A stretch of DNA of 64,000 nucleotides from NCBI RefSeq assembly GCF_943913955.1, contig NZ_CALUAE010000021.1:8787-72786 (forward strand). Reading direction: 5' to 3'. This document shows, piece by piece, positions 30,534 to 39,452 of this stretch; within the stretch, counting starts at the first letter, position 1, and every line of letters begins with the position of its first letter. This DNA comes from Mycolicibacterium bacteremicum (GTDB lineage: Bacteria > Actinomycetota > Actinomycetes > Mycobacteriales > Mycobacteriaceae). The position numbers and the translations under genes are program-made. The notes below the pieces were generated by a model. It was not told the origin of the DNA. It ran no database searches and saw only the letters and a program-made list of their open reading frames with translations.

Positions 30534-31978
30534 GCCGCGAACCGCTGGTAGCAGGCGCCGGCGTCGCCACGTAGGCCGGACCGGTAGGCCAGGATGCGGG
30601 TGAACCCCGCCGGCACCGTCGCCCCGTTGACATCACTGGCCGCCAACCCGTTGGTCAACAACCCGGAGATTGCCTCGTCGGTGTCACCGGCCGACAGCAT
30701 CAGCTCGCTGCCCGGCTCGGCCATCCGGCCCTGGGCCACTCCGGTCAGGCATGCGGTGCGCAGCGCCGCCCGGGCCGATTCCAGCGGGTAGCCACGTTCC
30801 TTCTGCACCGCCAGGGCGTATCGCGAGGTGACGATGGACAGTGCGGTGTTGTCGCCCTGCAGCAGCACGCCCTGATCCTCGGCCCTGGGGGTGCCCAGCG
30901 CCTGCAGCGCAGGAAGATTGACGTTGATGGTGTTGGTGGTCGGACAGTAGAAGGCGGGTGAGACCGGCTGGGCGTCGGGACAGGTCGCCATCGCCAGGTT
31001 CAGCGACGGTGGGTTGGTCGGGTTGTAGACCTGGGTCAACGTGTCCATCAGATTGGTGAGCAACCGCTCGTCGATCGGGCTGTCACCGGCGGACGGGTCA
31101 CCGTAGGAGTCGTAGGACAGGAACTGCGGCAGGTCGCCCTGGCGCTCGGTGATATCGGCCATGTCGATCGCCGCGCACTGGTCGGCGTTGCCGGCGAAGC
31201 CGATCTGGAAGGCGCTGATGCGGTCGAGCGCGGAGCCGTGCGCATCACCGGTGAGAATGGCCTCCTCCTGGGTCATCAGCGGGTCGCGGATGTAGATCGC
31301 CCCGGCCAGAACGTGATTGAGGCCGTCACCGGTGCTCAGGTCGAAGCGCGGGGACTGGCCGGAGGCCACCCAGTGCAGATACACCCCGGCGAAGCAGTCG
31401 GCCTGCTGCTCCTTGACCAGGACCGGGGTCGACTTCTCGACCAGGTGTGCCTTCGCCTGGACGGCGTGGCCGAACTCGTGGGCGATGACGCCGACGACGC
31501 CCATATCGCCGAAGTATTTGGCCGCACCGGGGATGAACTCGCTGCGGTCCCAGGCCATCACGTCATCGTCGAAGCAGTAGAACGCGTTGGCCAGTTCGTA
31601 CAGGTCGTTACCGCATACGACCGGCCCGTCGGGATCCGAGGCGTCGTAGGACACCAGACCGGACACCGGGGTGTAGGTGCCGGTGAGCGCGCCCTCCCAG
31701 TTCTGCGACCAGAACTCCTCGAGGTCGTCGACCGCGTGCAGCACCAGCTGGTCCACCGGGCCGCCGTCACTGTTGTCGGCGACGCTCGCCGGCGGCGGGG
31801 CGTCCGGGCGGGGACCGCTGGGGCCGTCGTGGGCGGGTAGCCCGCCGGCCCGTTGCGGGTCGTACAGCATCGATACCGCACGGCCGTCGAGCACCGTCGT
31901 CGCGCAGCCGGACAGGATCAGCACGAGCGTGAGCGCACCGCACAGCCAGGCGATACGGCCTGCGACCCGTCGATCCAT
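30530..31978 (-). CDS. lipoprotein zinc metallopeptidase (HExxH), LpqM-like, paralog 2
   Basis: 482 aa with lipobox LILSGC and HEFGHAVQ. Collinear similarity to 8876..10309 throughout (e.g. EQQADC[FL]AGVY, RFxLSTGDGLN, RTACLTGV). Confidence 0.6.
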   Translation of the reverse strand: MDRRVAGRIAWLCGALTLVLILSGCATTVLDGRAVSMLYDPQRAGGLPAHDGPSGPRPDAPPPASVADNSDGGPVDQLVLHAVDDLEEFWSQNWEGALTGTYTPVSGLVSYDASDPDGPVVCGNDLYELANAFYCFDDDVMAWDRSEFIPGAAKYFGDMGVVGVIAHEFGHAVQAKAHLVEKSTPVLVKEQQADCFAGVYLHWVASGQSPRFDLSTGDGLNHVLAGAIYIRDPLMTQEEAILTGDAHGSALDRISAFQIGFAGNADQCAAIDMADITERQGDLPQFLSYDSYGDPSAGDSPIDERLLTNLMDTLTQVYNPTNPPSLNLAMATCPDAQPVSPAFYCPTTNTINVNLPALQALGTPRAEDQGVLLQGDNTALSIVTSRYALAVQKERGYPLESARAALRTACLTGVAQGRMAEPGSELMLSAGDTDEAISGLLTNGLAASDVNGATVPAGFTRILAYRSGLRGDAGACYQRFAA

Positions 31979-32020
31979 AGTCGAAGGCTAACAAGCCAGG
32001 GCAGGGCGATGGCGATGAGA

Positions 32021-33040
32021 TTATCCGGCGTACCGGGCTGCCAGGGTGCGGCGGTGGGTTCTGGGCGAGCCGAACAGGGAGCGGTTCAGCGTCGCGCGCT
32101 TCAGGTAGACGTGGATCCCGCTCTCCCAGGTGTAGCCGATACCGCCGTGTAACTGCATCGCCGTGCCCGCGACCGACACGGCGGTATCGGTGGCATACGC
32201 CTTGGCCATGGCGGCCGGCGCCGCCGTGTCGCCACCGTCGGTCGAACAGTCCACCGCGGCATCGACGAGCTGGCGGGCGACCCGGATCTGCACCAGCATG
32301 TCGGCGCAGGCATGTTTGACGGCTTGGAACGAGCCGATCGGGCGACCGAACTGCTGTCGTATGCCGACGTAGTCGACGGTTGCGGCGAGCATCGCCTCGG
32401 CCAGTCCCAGGCTGTCGGCGGCCACCGCGATCGCGCCGCGGTCGACCAGCGGTGCCAGGGCGGGCAGTGGCCAGACGCGTTCGGCACGCGCACGCTGCGC
32501 GGTGACCGTGGCCAGCGCACGGGTCTCGTCCAGGACCGGTTGTGGTGTGACGGTGAGCGCGCTCGGGGCGATATCGACCAGCACCGTATTGCCATCGGAG
32601 GTGGCGGCGGGAATCAGCAACCGGGTCGCCTGGCCGGCGTCGGGAACGAATTCGGCTGTCCCGTTGAGGGAGTGATCGGCGTCGAGCCGGAACGGCGACC
32701 CGCTGTCCGCACCGGTCGGCAGCACCGCCACGGGCCGCTCGCGGCCCTCGGCGGTTGCCGCCAGCAGGTGGTCACGATGCTCGTCGGCCGGCAGGGCCAG
32801 CAGTGCACCGACACCCGAGGTCACACCCAGGTGCGGACCGGGTGCCGCGGCGCGGCCGAGTTCCTCGGCGACCACCGCGGTCTCGGCGAAGGACACTCCC
32901 GATCCGCCGAGCGACTCGGCGATCTCCAGTCCCGGCCAGCCTGCCTGGGTGATCACCGTCCAGTCCGGAGGGCCGCCCGACAACACGTCCCGGGCCACCG
33001 ATCGCAATTCGGCGTGCAGCTCGGCGAATTCGCGTGTCAT
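32021..33040 (-). CDS. acyl-CoA dehydrogenase family protein (short, C-terminal-domain type subunit)
   Basis: Start at the MTREFAELH ATG (33040). ~340 aa with the acyl-CoA DH C-terminal helical domain (QFGRPIGSFQAVKH). Overlaps the upstream ACAD stop. Confidence 0.7.
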   Translation of the reverse strand: MTREFAELHAELRSVARDVLSGGPPDWTVITQAGWPGLEIAESLGGSGVSFAETAVVAEELGRAAAPGPHLGVTSGVGALLALPADEHRDHLLAATAEGRERPVAVLPTGADSGSPFRLDADHSLNGTAEFVPDAGQATRLLIPAATSDGNTVLVDIAPSALTVTPQPVLDETRALATVTAQRARAERVWPLPALAPLVDRGAIAVAADSLGLAEAMLAATVDYVGIRQQFGRPIGSFQAVKHACADMLVQIRVARQLVDAAVDCSTDGGDTAAPAAMAKAYATDTAVSVAGTAMQLHGGIGYTWESGIHVYLKRATLNRSLFGSPRTHRRTLAARYAG

Positions 33041-34209
33041 CAGGCTCCCGCCGGTTCGCGGGGCAGGCCCAGACCGCGTTCCCCGATGATGGTGCGTTGG
33101 ATCTCGCTGGCGCCGCCCGGGATGGTCCACTCCCACGAGCCGATGAAATCGAGTACCCAGGCCCCGGATTCCCAGCCGCTGGATATCGGTTTGGCCAGCA
33201 CCGTGTGCCCGGCCAGTCCGCTGATCTGCGCCCCGAAATCGGTCAGCCGCTGCAACAGTTCGCTGTAGAACAACTTCACCACCGACGCATCGGCGGGGGA
33301 GTGGGTCTTGCCTTCCACGAGATCGCGGCACAGCCCGCGCAGCCCGGTGATCTCGATCTCGAACTGCGCCAGACGATCCGACACCAGCGCGTCACCGAGT
33401 ATTCCCGCGCGCCGGCATTCCCCGACCAGCCAGCCGAACCCGGCGTTTCCGAGCCGCTCTGCCAATTCCAGCATGGTCATCCCGCGCTCGGCCCCCAGCG
33501 TCTCCTGCGCGACCTGCCACCCCTTGTTCTCCGGGCCCACCAGGTTCGCCGCGGGCACCCGCACATCGTTGAGGAACACCTCGCAGAAGTGCGATTCGCC
33601 GGTGGCCTGCCTGATCGGGCGCACCTCGACGCCCGGGCTGGCCATGTCCATCAGGAAATACGAGATACCGTGCCGCTTCTTGGCGTTCGGGTCGGTTCGA
33701 GCCAGCAGCAGGCACCAGTCGGCGTGCAATCCACCGCTGGCCCAGACCTTCTGGCCGTTGACCACGAAATCGTCGCCGTCGCGGCGCGCCGTGGTGCGCA
33801 GCGCCGCCAGGTCGGAGCCGGCCTCGGGTTCGGAGAAGCCCTGCACCCAGATCTCGCCGTCCAGGATGGCCGGGAGGTGGCGGCGACGTTGTTCCTCGGT
33901 GCCGGCGGCCAGCAGGGTCGACGCGGCGTGATGGATCCCGACGAACGCGAGCACCAGCCGCGGCGCATCGGCGGCGGCCAGTTCGGAGTACAGCACGATC
34001 TGCTCGGCGACCGACATGCCGCCGCCCCATTCGGCGGGCCAGTGCGGTACCGCGTAGCCGGCTGAATGCAGTTCGGCGAACCAGGCCTTCTGGAACCGCA
34101 CGTATTCGTCGTCACCGACGCCGGTCTGCGCGGTCCGCCAGTCGCGTGGCACATGCTCGGCGCACCAGCTGCGCACCTGTCGGCGGAAGTCCTCCAGATC
34201 CCGGGTCAT
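33040..34209 (-). CDS. acyl-CoA dehydrogenase
   Basis: 389 aa. The FAD-binding middle domain (WVQGFSEPEAGSDLAAL) and a catalytic-region C-terminal domain are present. Confidence 0.8.
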   Translation of the reverse strand: MTRDLEDFRRQVRSWCAEHVPRDWRTAQTGVGDDEYVRFQKAWFAELHSAGYAVPHWPAEWGGGMSVAEQIVLYSELAAADAPRLVLAFVGIHHAASTLLAAGTEEQRRRHLPAILDGEIWVQGFSEPEAGSDLAALRTTARRDGDDFVVNGQKVWASGGLHADWCLLLARTDPNAKKRHGISYFLMDMASPGVEVRPIRQATGESHFCEVFLNDVRVPAANLVGPENKGWQVAQETLGAERGMTMLELAERLGNAGFGWLVGECRRAGILGDALVSDRLAQFEIEITGLRGLCRDLVEGKTHSPADASVVKLFYSELLQRLTDFGAQISGLAGHTVLAKPISSGWESGAWVLDFIGSWEWTIPGGASEIQRTIIGERGLGLPREPAGA

Positions 34210-35126
34210 GGTGCGTCGCTGTACAGTCCGGTCAGGCCGCGGGTGCCCAACTGTTCGGTGAGTCGTGCCCGGGTGGCCGACAGGCCCAGCGGCAGCCGGC
34301 GCAGCGGCTGGCTGTAGCGCGACAGCCAGGACAGCACGGTCTCATCGCAGAAGCCGACCGCACCGTGCAACTGATGGGTCACCCGGAACACCACCTCGGC
34401 CGCCTCGATGGCGGCCATTCGCAGGGCCAGCGCATCGGCGGGCCCGTCGGGACCGGTCGCCGTCGTCAGTGCATGGCGGGCCAGCATCTCCAGCCCGCTG
34501 CGTTCGACCTCGGCATCGGTGAGCTGGAACTGCACCCCCTGGAAACCCGCCAGGGGTTGGCCGAACTGTCGGCGCAGCTGCACGTGCGCCACGGTCAGAT
34601 CCAGTGCGCGATCCAACATTCCGAGCAGCGTCCAGCAGGGTAGTACGAGGGCGAGCGCGACGTCGTCGCTGCCGGCATCGTCGAGGGACGCGAGTTCCAG
34701 GGAGGTGACGAAGGCGGTCCGCGGATCGCGGGTGCCGGTGACCCGGTCCCGCCGGCCGTTCAAAGTCGTTGTGAGCCAACTGCCGCCGAGACCGGCGAGG
34801 GTGGCGGCCGGTGCCGGCCCGGCGATCACGAACAGTCCGTCGGCCTCGGTGTCGGTGGGCCGGGCCAGTCGTTCGGCCACCGGGTAGGGCAGTCCCCAGT
34901 AGCCCGCGCTGCGGCACAGTGCGGCGGCGGCCTCGGCCGAATCGCTGTCGTTGCGCGGCTCCAGATCCCAGGCGCCCAACCCGTCGAGGACGTCGGCGAC
35001 CAGCGATGCGCGCCGGGCCGGATCGGCCTCGGCGTGCTGCAGCAGCGCGTCGCCGCCGGCGGCTTCGAAGGCACGCCGGGCCTGTTCGCCGTATTCGCGC
35101 GCCTCCGGGCTCAGGTCGATGATCAT
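34206..35126 (-). CDS. acyl-CoA dehydrogenase family protein (short subunit type)
   Basis: Start at the MIIDLSPEARE ATG. ~306 aa with an ACAD C-terminal domain (QFGQPLAGFQGVQFQLTDA). Shares a 4-nt overlap with neighbours on both sides. Confidence 0.7.
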   Translation of the reverse strand: MIIDLSPEAREYGEQARRAFEAAGGDALLQHAEADPARRASLVADVLDGLGAWDLEPRNDSDSAEAAAALCRSAGYWGLPYPVAERLARPTDTEADGLFVIAGPAPAATLAGLGGSWLTTTLNGRRDRVTGTRDPRTAFVTSLELASLDDAGSDDVALALVLPCWTLLGMLDRALDLTVAHVQLRRQFGQPLAGFQGVQFQLTDAEVERSGLEMLARHALTTATGPDGPADALALRMAAIEAAEVVFRVTHQLHGAVGFCDETVLSWLSRYSQPLRRLPLGLSATRARLTEQLGTRGLTGLYSDAP

Positions 35127-36270
35127 GACGCCGCCAGCAGGGTGCGGGCCAGCAGGATGCGCTGCATCTCGATGCTGCCGGAGGACACCGTGGACGGTTG
35201 TGAGTAACGCCAATGGTCCTGTACTTCCGCGGCGAACACCCGCGATGCGCCCTCGGGCAGTGCCGCGGCGATCTCCATCAGCACCTCGGCACTGTCCTGG
35301 TCCAACTTCGTCACCGCAATCCGGTAGGCGGCCGAGTCCGTGGGCCGCACCCGGCCCTCGGCCTGCAGGGCCACCAGGCGGTAGGCCATCAGCCGGGCCC
35401 GCCGGCAATGGGTGAGCATCCGCGCCCAGCGGCCACGCAGTTCCTCGGGCAGCTCGGACCAGTTCTGGCCCAGCGCCTTCGGGGCCAGGTGCAACAACCG
35501 CTCACAACGCGCATAGCGGGCGATGCCGACCCGTTCGAAGGCCAGCACGCTCTGCACCACCGACCACCCGTCATCGACGGTGCCCAGGACATCGGCGTCG
35601 GTGACCCGCAGGTCGTCGAAGAACACCTCGTTGAGGTGATGCGGGCCCATCATCGTCTGGATCGGCCGCACGGTGATCGCCGGATCGGACATGGGCACCA
35701 GGAAGATGGTCAGGCCCTGTTGCTTCTTCCGGATGGCGCCCTCGCCGACCTTGGATGTCCGCGCCAGCAGGAAGCACCACTGTGCCATGGTGGCGTAGGA
35801 GGTCCAGATCTTCTGGCCGTTGATCACCCAGCCATCGCCGTCGCGCACCGCGGTGGTACGCAACGACGCCAGATCCGAGCCAGCCTCCGGTTCGGAGAAT
35901 CCCTGGCACCAGATCACCTCGCCGGCAGCGATGGGCGGCAGATGGGTGGCCTGCTGCTCGGCGGTGCCGTGCCGCATGATGATCGGCCCGACCCAGTTGA
36001 CGCCCATGTACTGCGCACCCCGCGGTTCGTGGTGTGCCCACATCTCCTCGCGCACCACCGTCTGTTCCCACGGTGAGGAGGCGCGGCCGCCGAACTCGGC
36101 CGGCCAGGACATGCACAGCAGCCCGCGCTCGGCGAGCAGCCGGCAGAACGCCTGCGCCACCTCCAGGTCGTGCGGGTCGGGGGTGAAGGCACCCAGGTAG
36201 TCCTCGGGGATATGGGTTGTCACCAGGTCGCGAAGCTCACCGCGCAATGCGTCGGCGGCCGGCCCCATGT
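35123..36270 (-). CDS. acyl-CoA dehydrogenase
   Basis: ~382 aa from ATG 36270 (GTG 36282 is possible). Contains IWCQGFSEPEAGSDLASL and a full three-domain ACAD layout. Confidence 0.8.
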
Positions 36271-36295
36271 CGAAGTCCACACCGGCGATCGTAGG

Positions 36296-36313
36296 GCAAT
36301 CCTTATAAGGATT
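36296..36313. promoter_or_regulatory. perfect 18-bp palindrome CAATCCTTA|TAAGGATTG in the divergent ACAD/GntR promoter
   Basis: Lies 14 nt upstream of the GntR ATG (36327) and ~26 nt upstream of the ACAD start. A candidate GntR (FadR-type) operator. Confidence 0.6.
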
Positions 36314-36326
36314 GCTAGTATGAATC

Positions 36327-37094
36327 ATGCGAATCCCGCAGCAGCGCATTGCCGAGACGGTGGCCGGCGAGCTGCGCGACCGCATCCTGGCCGGGGCGGA
36401 CCGGCTCCCCACGCAAGATCAGCTGGTCGCCGAGTTCGGCGTCAGCTACCCCTCGGTGCGGGAAGCCCTGCGCATCCTGGAGACCGAGGGGCTGGTGACC
36501 GTGCGCCGCGGCAGCGTGGGCGGCGCCGAGGTACATCGCCCCGACGAATCGGCGGCGGCCTATCACCTCGGACTGGCGCTGCAGGGTGCCGCGGTGTCGT
36601 TGGGCGATCTGGCCGCGGGTCTGCAGCTGCTGGAGCCGATGTGTGCCGCGGAGGTGGCGCGCCGCCCCGATCGGCTGCGCACCGCGGTCCCGGCGCTGAG
36701 CCGCAATGTCGACGCGTGTGCCGAGGTGGTCGCCGACGGCGCGGCGTTCACCCGCATCGCCCGCGAATTCCACGACCTGATGGTCGAATTCACGCCGAAC
36801 GCCACCGTGCGCCATGTGGTCGGCAGCCTGGTGGCGCTGTGGTCGGCGCAGGAGCAGATGTGGGCCGATGCGGTCGTCAAACGCGGGGAGTACCCGTCAC
36901 CGGCGCGGGCCCGGGGTGCGGTGCGCACCCATCGCCGGATGGTCGAGGTGATCGCGGCGGGTGACGCCGCGGCGGCCGAACGCTTCGCGCGCACACACCT
37001 GGCCGCCACCCAGGCGGTGCTGCTGGACCGCTTCACCGATGACGTGGTCCGGGCCGCGCGGCACGCCAAGCCACACCTGAGGCGCAGCTGCTGA
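36327..37094 (+). CDS. GntR-family (FadR/FCD subfamily) transcriptional regulator
   Basis: N-terminal wHTH LPTQDQLVAEFGVSYPSVREALRILETEGLV, with a C-terminal all-helical FCD-like domain. Confidence 0.8.
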   Translation: MRIPQQRIAETVAGELRDRILAGADRLPTQDQLVAEFGVSYPSVREALRILETEGLVTVRRGSVGGAEVHRPDESAAAYHLGLALQGAAVSLGDLAAGLQLLEPMCAAEVARRPDRLRTAVPALSRNVDACAEVVADGAAFTRIAREFHDLMVEFTPNATVRHVVGSLVALWSAQEQMWADAVVKRGEYPSPARARGAVRTHRRMVEVIAAGDAAAAERFARTHLAATQAVLLDRFTDDVVRAARHAKPHLRRSC

Positions 37095-37101
37095 CCGGCC
37101 G

Positions 37102-37680
37102 TCAGCCCTGAGGCAGGTCCAGGATGCGCCGGGTCACCTTCAGGATCTGGGTGCGCAACGTGTCATCGTCGACATCGGTGACCAGTGGGTGCATCACCGC
37201 CGCGCTCAGCGCCCCGGACATGACCGCCGCATTGACCCGGGCCTCGACGCCGGCCCCCTCACCGAGCAGCACCTGGTAGAGCCGTTCGATGAAGGCGGCG
37301 AAGGGTCTGTGCTCGGCGAGCAGTCGCACCACCACCGGGTCGAACTGCAGCACGCCGGTCAACTGGCGGCGGGTGACGGCCATGTCGACAACCCGGGTGA
37401 GCAGGACGTCACGGGCGCTGACCTGATCGGGTTCGGACTGCGCGGCGTCGACGGCGTCCTGCAGCGCCGCCAGTTCGGTCTCCGCGACCGCGATGACGAC
37501 ATCGTCCTTGCTCTTGAACTGGTGGTACACGGCGGCTTTGGTGACCCCGATGGCGTCGGCGATCATCTGCAACGAGGTTCCGCTGACCCCGTGGGTGCCG
37601 AACAGATCCAGCGATGCGGCGATGACGCGCTTCTGTGCCGCGCTGTAGGTCGTCGGTGCCAGTCTGCCGGTGGTGCTCAC
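37102..37680 (-). CDS. TetR-family transcriptional regulator
   Basis: N-terminal HTH SLQMIADAIGVTKAAVYHQFKSKDDV. Confidence 0.8.
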   Translation of the reverse strand: MSTTGRLAPTTYSAAQKRVIAASLDLFGTHGVSGTSLQMIADAIGVTKAAVYHQFKSKDDVVIAVAETELAALQDAVDAAQSEPDQVSARDVLLTRVVDMAVTRRQLTGVLQFDPVVVRLLAEHRPFAAFIERLYQVLLGEGAGVEARVNAAVMSGALSAAVMHPLVTDVDDDTLRTQILKVTRRILDLPQG

Positions 37681-37910
37681 GCGGCCAGCGTAGCCGCCCG
37701 GCTAGTCGACGGGTTTCACCGTCGGCACCGACGCTGTTCGTGACCGGCGTGGCCGACCCGGCTCGGTCGCCTCAGCAATCACAGGCGTTGATTCTCGCCC
37801 CGGAAGTGTATGAGCCAGCTCACAGACGGCATGGTCGGGGTTTACTCGGCGGGGCGAGGCGGTATTCATCCGACGTTCAGTAGGTGCTCTCTAGAACAGG
37901 ATCTCGCAAC

Positions 37911-38174
37911 ATGAATGTGAAGAAGCTGATCGCAGGTGCAGCCGTCGCCGGTGGCCTCATCGCCGGACCTCTCGCCGCGGCCGGTATGGCAACCGCCGAG
38001 CCCGCTCCGATGCCGCCCGCTCCGCCGGCCGGCCCGTCCGTCGGCACCGCGCCGGCCTGGGCCCCGCCCAAGCCCGTCGACCCGGCCTGGGCTCAGGGCA
38101 ACCAGCAGGTGTGGGACAGCGGCTGGAACCACTGGGGCGTCTGGATCAACGGCGTCTTCGTGCCGACCTACTGA
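37911..38174 (+). CDS. small secreted Pro/Trp-rich protein of unknown function
   Basis: 87 aa from ATG 37911 with a signal peptide (KKLIAGAAVAGGLIAGPLAAAGMATA|EP) and a mature Trp-rich C-terminus (WDSGWNHWGVWINGVFVPTY). Confidence 0.5.
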   Translation: MNVKKLIAGAAVAGGLIAGPLAAAGMATAEPAPMPPAPPAGPSVGTAPAWAPPKPVDPAWAQGNQQVWDSGWNHWGVWINGVFVPTY

Positions 38175-38222
38175 TCCACCGGATCGCCCGATGGCTGCCC
38201 CCGACCCGGTCGGGGGCAGCCA

Positions 38223-39119
38223 TCATGCGTTTCGGCGCCGTGGCGGCCTCGGCACGAACCGGGAGACCCGGTCGATGACGTCCTGATAGGCAGGCCTTCT
38301 GGCCAGGCTGCGCTCCTCCATCATCGGGATGCTGGCGCCCAGGAACATCGCCAGGATGGCCACCGCACCCAGGCTGGACAACCACCAGTACGAGGGGGCC
38401 GCGGCGATGCCGAACAACGCCAACGCCGCCCAGAAGCCGAATTCCCCGAAGTAGTTCGGGTGCCGCGACCAACTCCACACGCCGCGATCCATCGCCTGGC
38501 CGGTTCGACGTTCGGCGACGAAACGGTGCATCTGCACATCGGCGACGAGTTCGAGCGCGACTGCCGCGAGTCCCACCACCAGAGCGAGCCAACTCAGCCA
38601 GACCAGTCCCGGTTCCGGTCGGGTGAGCGCGATGTACACCGGCACCATGCCCAGGAACACCTGCAGGGTCGGGATGAGGTGGATGGCCACCAGATCGGCC
38701 AGGATCTCCAGGCGCCCGGCGCGCTCCTTGAACATCGGGTAGCGCCAGTCCTCGTGATGCAGGCCCGGGAACGCGTACACCCAGTTCGCCGTCAGCCGGA
38801 TCGCCCACACCACGACCACGATGGTGATGAGCCAGGTGCGCAGCAGATCCACATCCGGGGCCGCCCGATACCACCAGTAGACCAACAACAGGGGCGGGAT
38901 GACGCTCCAGTAGGCGTCGTAGAAGCTGGAATTCCGGTAGGCCCGACTGAAAACGAAGATCACCAGTGTGGCCAGGATGTCGGCGATCAGGGTGTCCAGC
39001 CAGAGCCGGCCGGTCGCCGGTCCCCACCACAGCCACGCCACGCCCACCGCAATGGCGGCGAGATAGGCAACGCCGACCAGGCCGAAGGAACGCGTCTTGC
39101 CGATCGCCGTCGTCGTCAT
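38223..39119 (-). CDS. DUF1295 family membrane protein (steroid 5-alpha-reductase / ICMT-like methyltransferase fold)
   Basis: 298 aa, polytopic. The C-terminal HPNYFGEFGFW signature is shared by the 3-oxo-5-alpha-steroid 4-dehydrogenase/ICMT/PEMT superfamily. Confidence 0.6.
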   Translation of the reverse strand: MTTTAIGKTRSFGLVGVAYLAAIAVGVAWLWWGPATGRLWLDTLIADILATLVIFVFSRAYRNSSFYDAYWSVIPPLLLVYWWYRAAPDVDLLRTWLITIVVVVWAIRLTANWVYAFPGLHHEDWRYPMFKERAGRLEILADLVAIHLIPTLQVFLGMVPVYIALTRPEPGLVWLSWLALVVGLAAVALELVADVQMHRFVAERRTGQAMDRGVWSWSRHPNYFGEFGFWAALALFGIAAAPSYWWLSSLGAVAILAMFLGASIPMMEERSLARRPAYQDVIDRVSRFVPRPPRRRNA

Positions 39120-39149
39120 CGTCGGAGCTTACGACGACGGCGGCGCTCG

Positions 39150-39452
39150 TCAGTCGCTGGCAGGCAGCGGTTTGGCCTCCTTGATGGCCAGCGGGGTGTC
39201 GCCGATGCTGAGCGTGCCCGCGCCGGCCTTCGTCACCAGGATCTCGGCGCCGCTGTCATCGACATAACGCTTACCCATCAAGTTGCCGTCGGCCAGGCCG
39301 GGATCCAGCGAAAGACCGGCGGTCGCCTCGCCACCGACCGGGATCAGCGGTGCGCCGCCGGCCCGCAGATCATCGAGGGCGTCCGAGCTGCGCACCACGA
39401 TGACCTGGGTGTCGCAGACCTGGCTCTGCAGGCGGGTGCCGTTCTTGATCAT
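39150..39452 (-). CDS. hypothetical 100-aa protein, translationally coupled to upstream acyl-CoA synthetase
   Basis: Its start overlaps the FadD stop by 4 nt. No recognisable motif. Confidence 0.4.
   Translation of the reverse strand: MIKNGTRLQSQVCDTQVIVVRSSDALDDLRAGGAPLIPVGGEATAGLSLDPGLADGNLMGKRYVDDSGAEILVTKAGAGTLSIGDTPLAIKEAKPLPASD

Noticed and set aside
37860-37900. KstR-like operator (TAGAAC half-site in ctctagaacaggatctc) upstream of the small secreted protein
   Set aside because: Only one half of the TnnAACnnGTTnnA consensus is present. Not palindromic.
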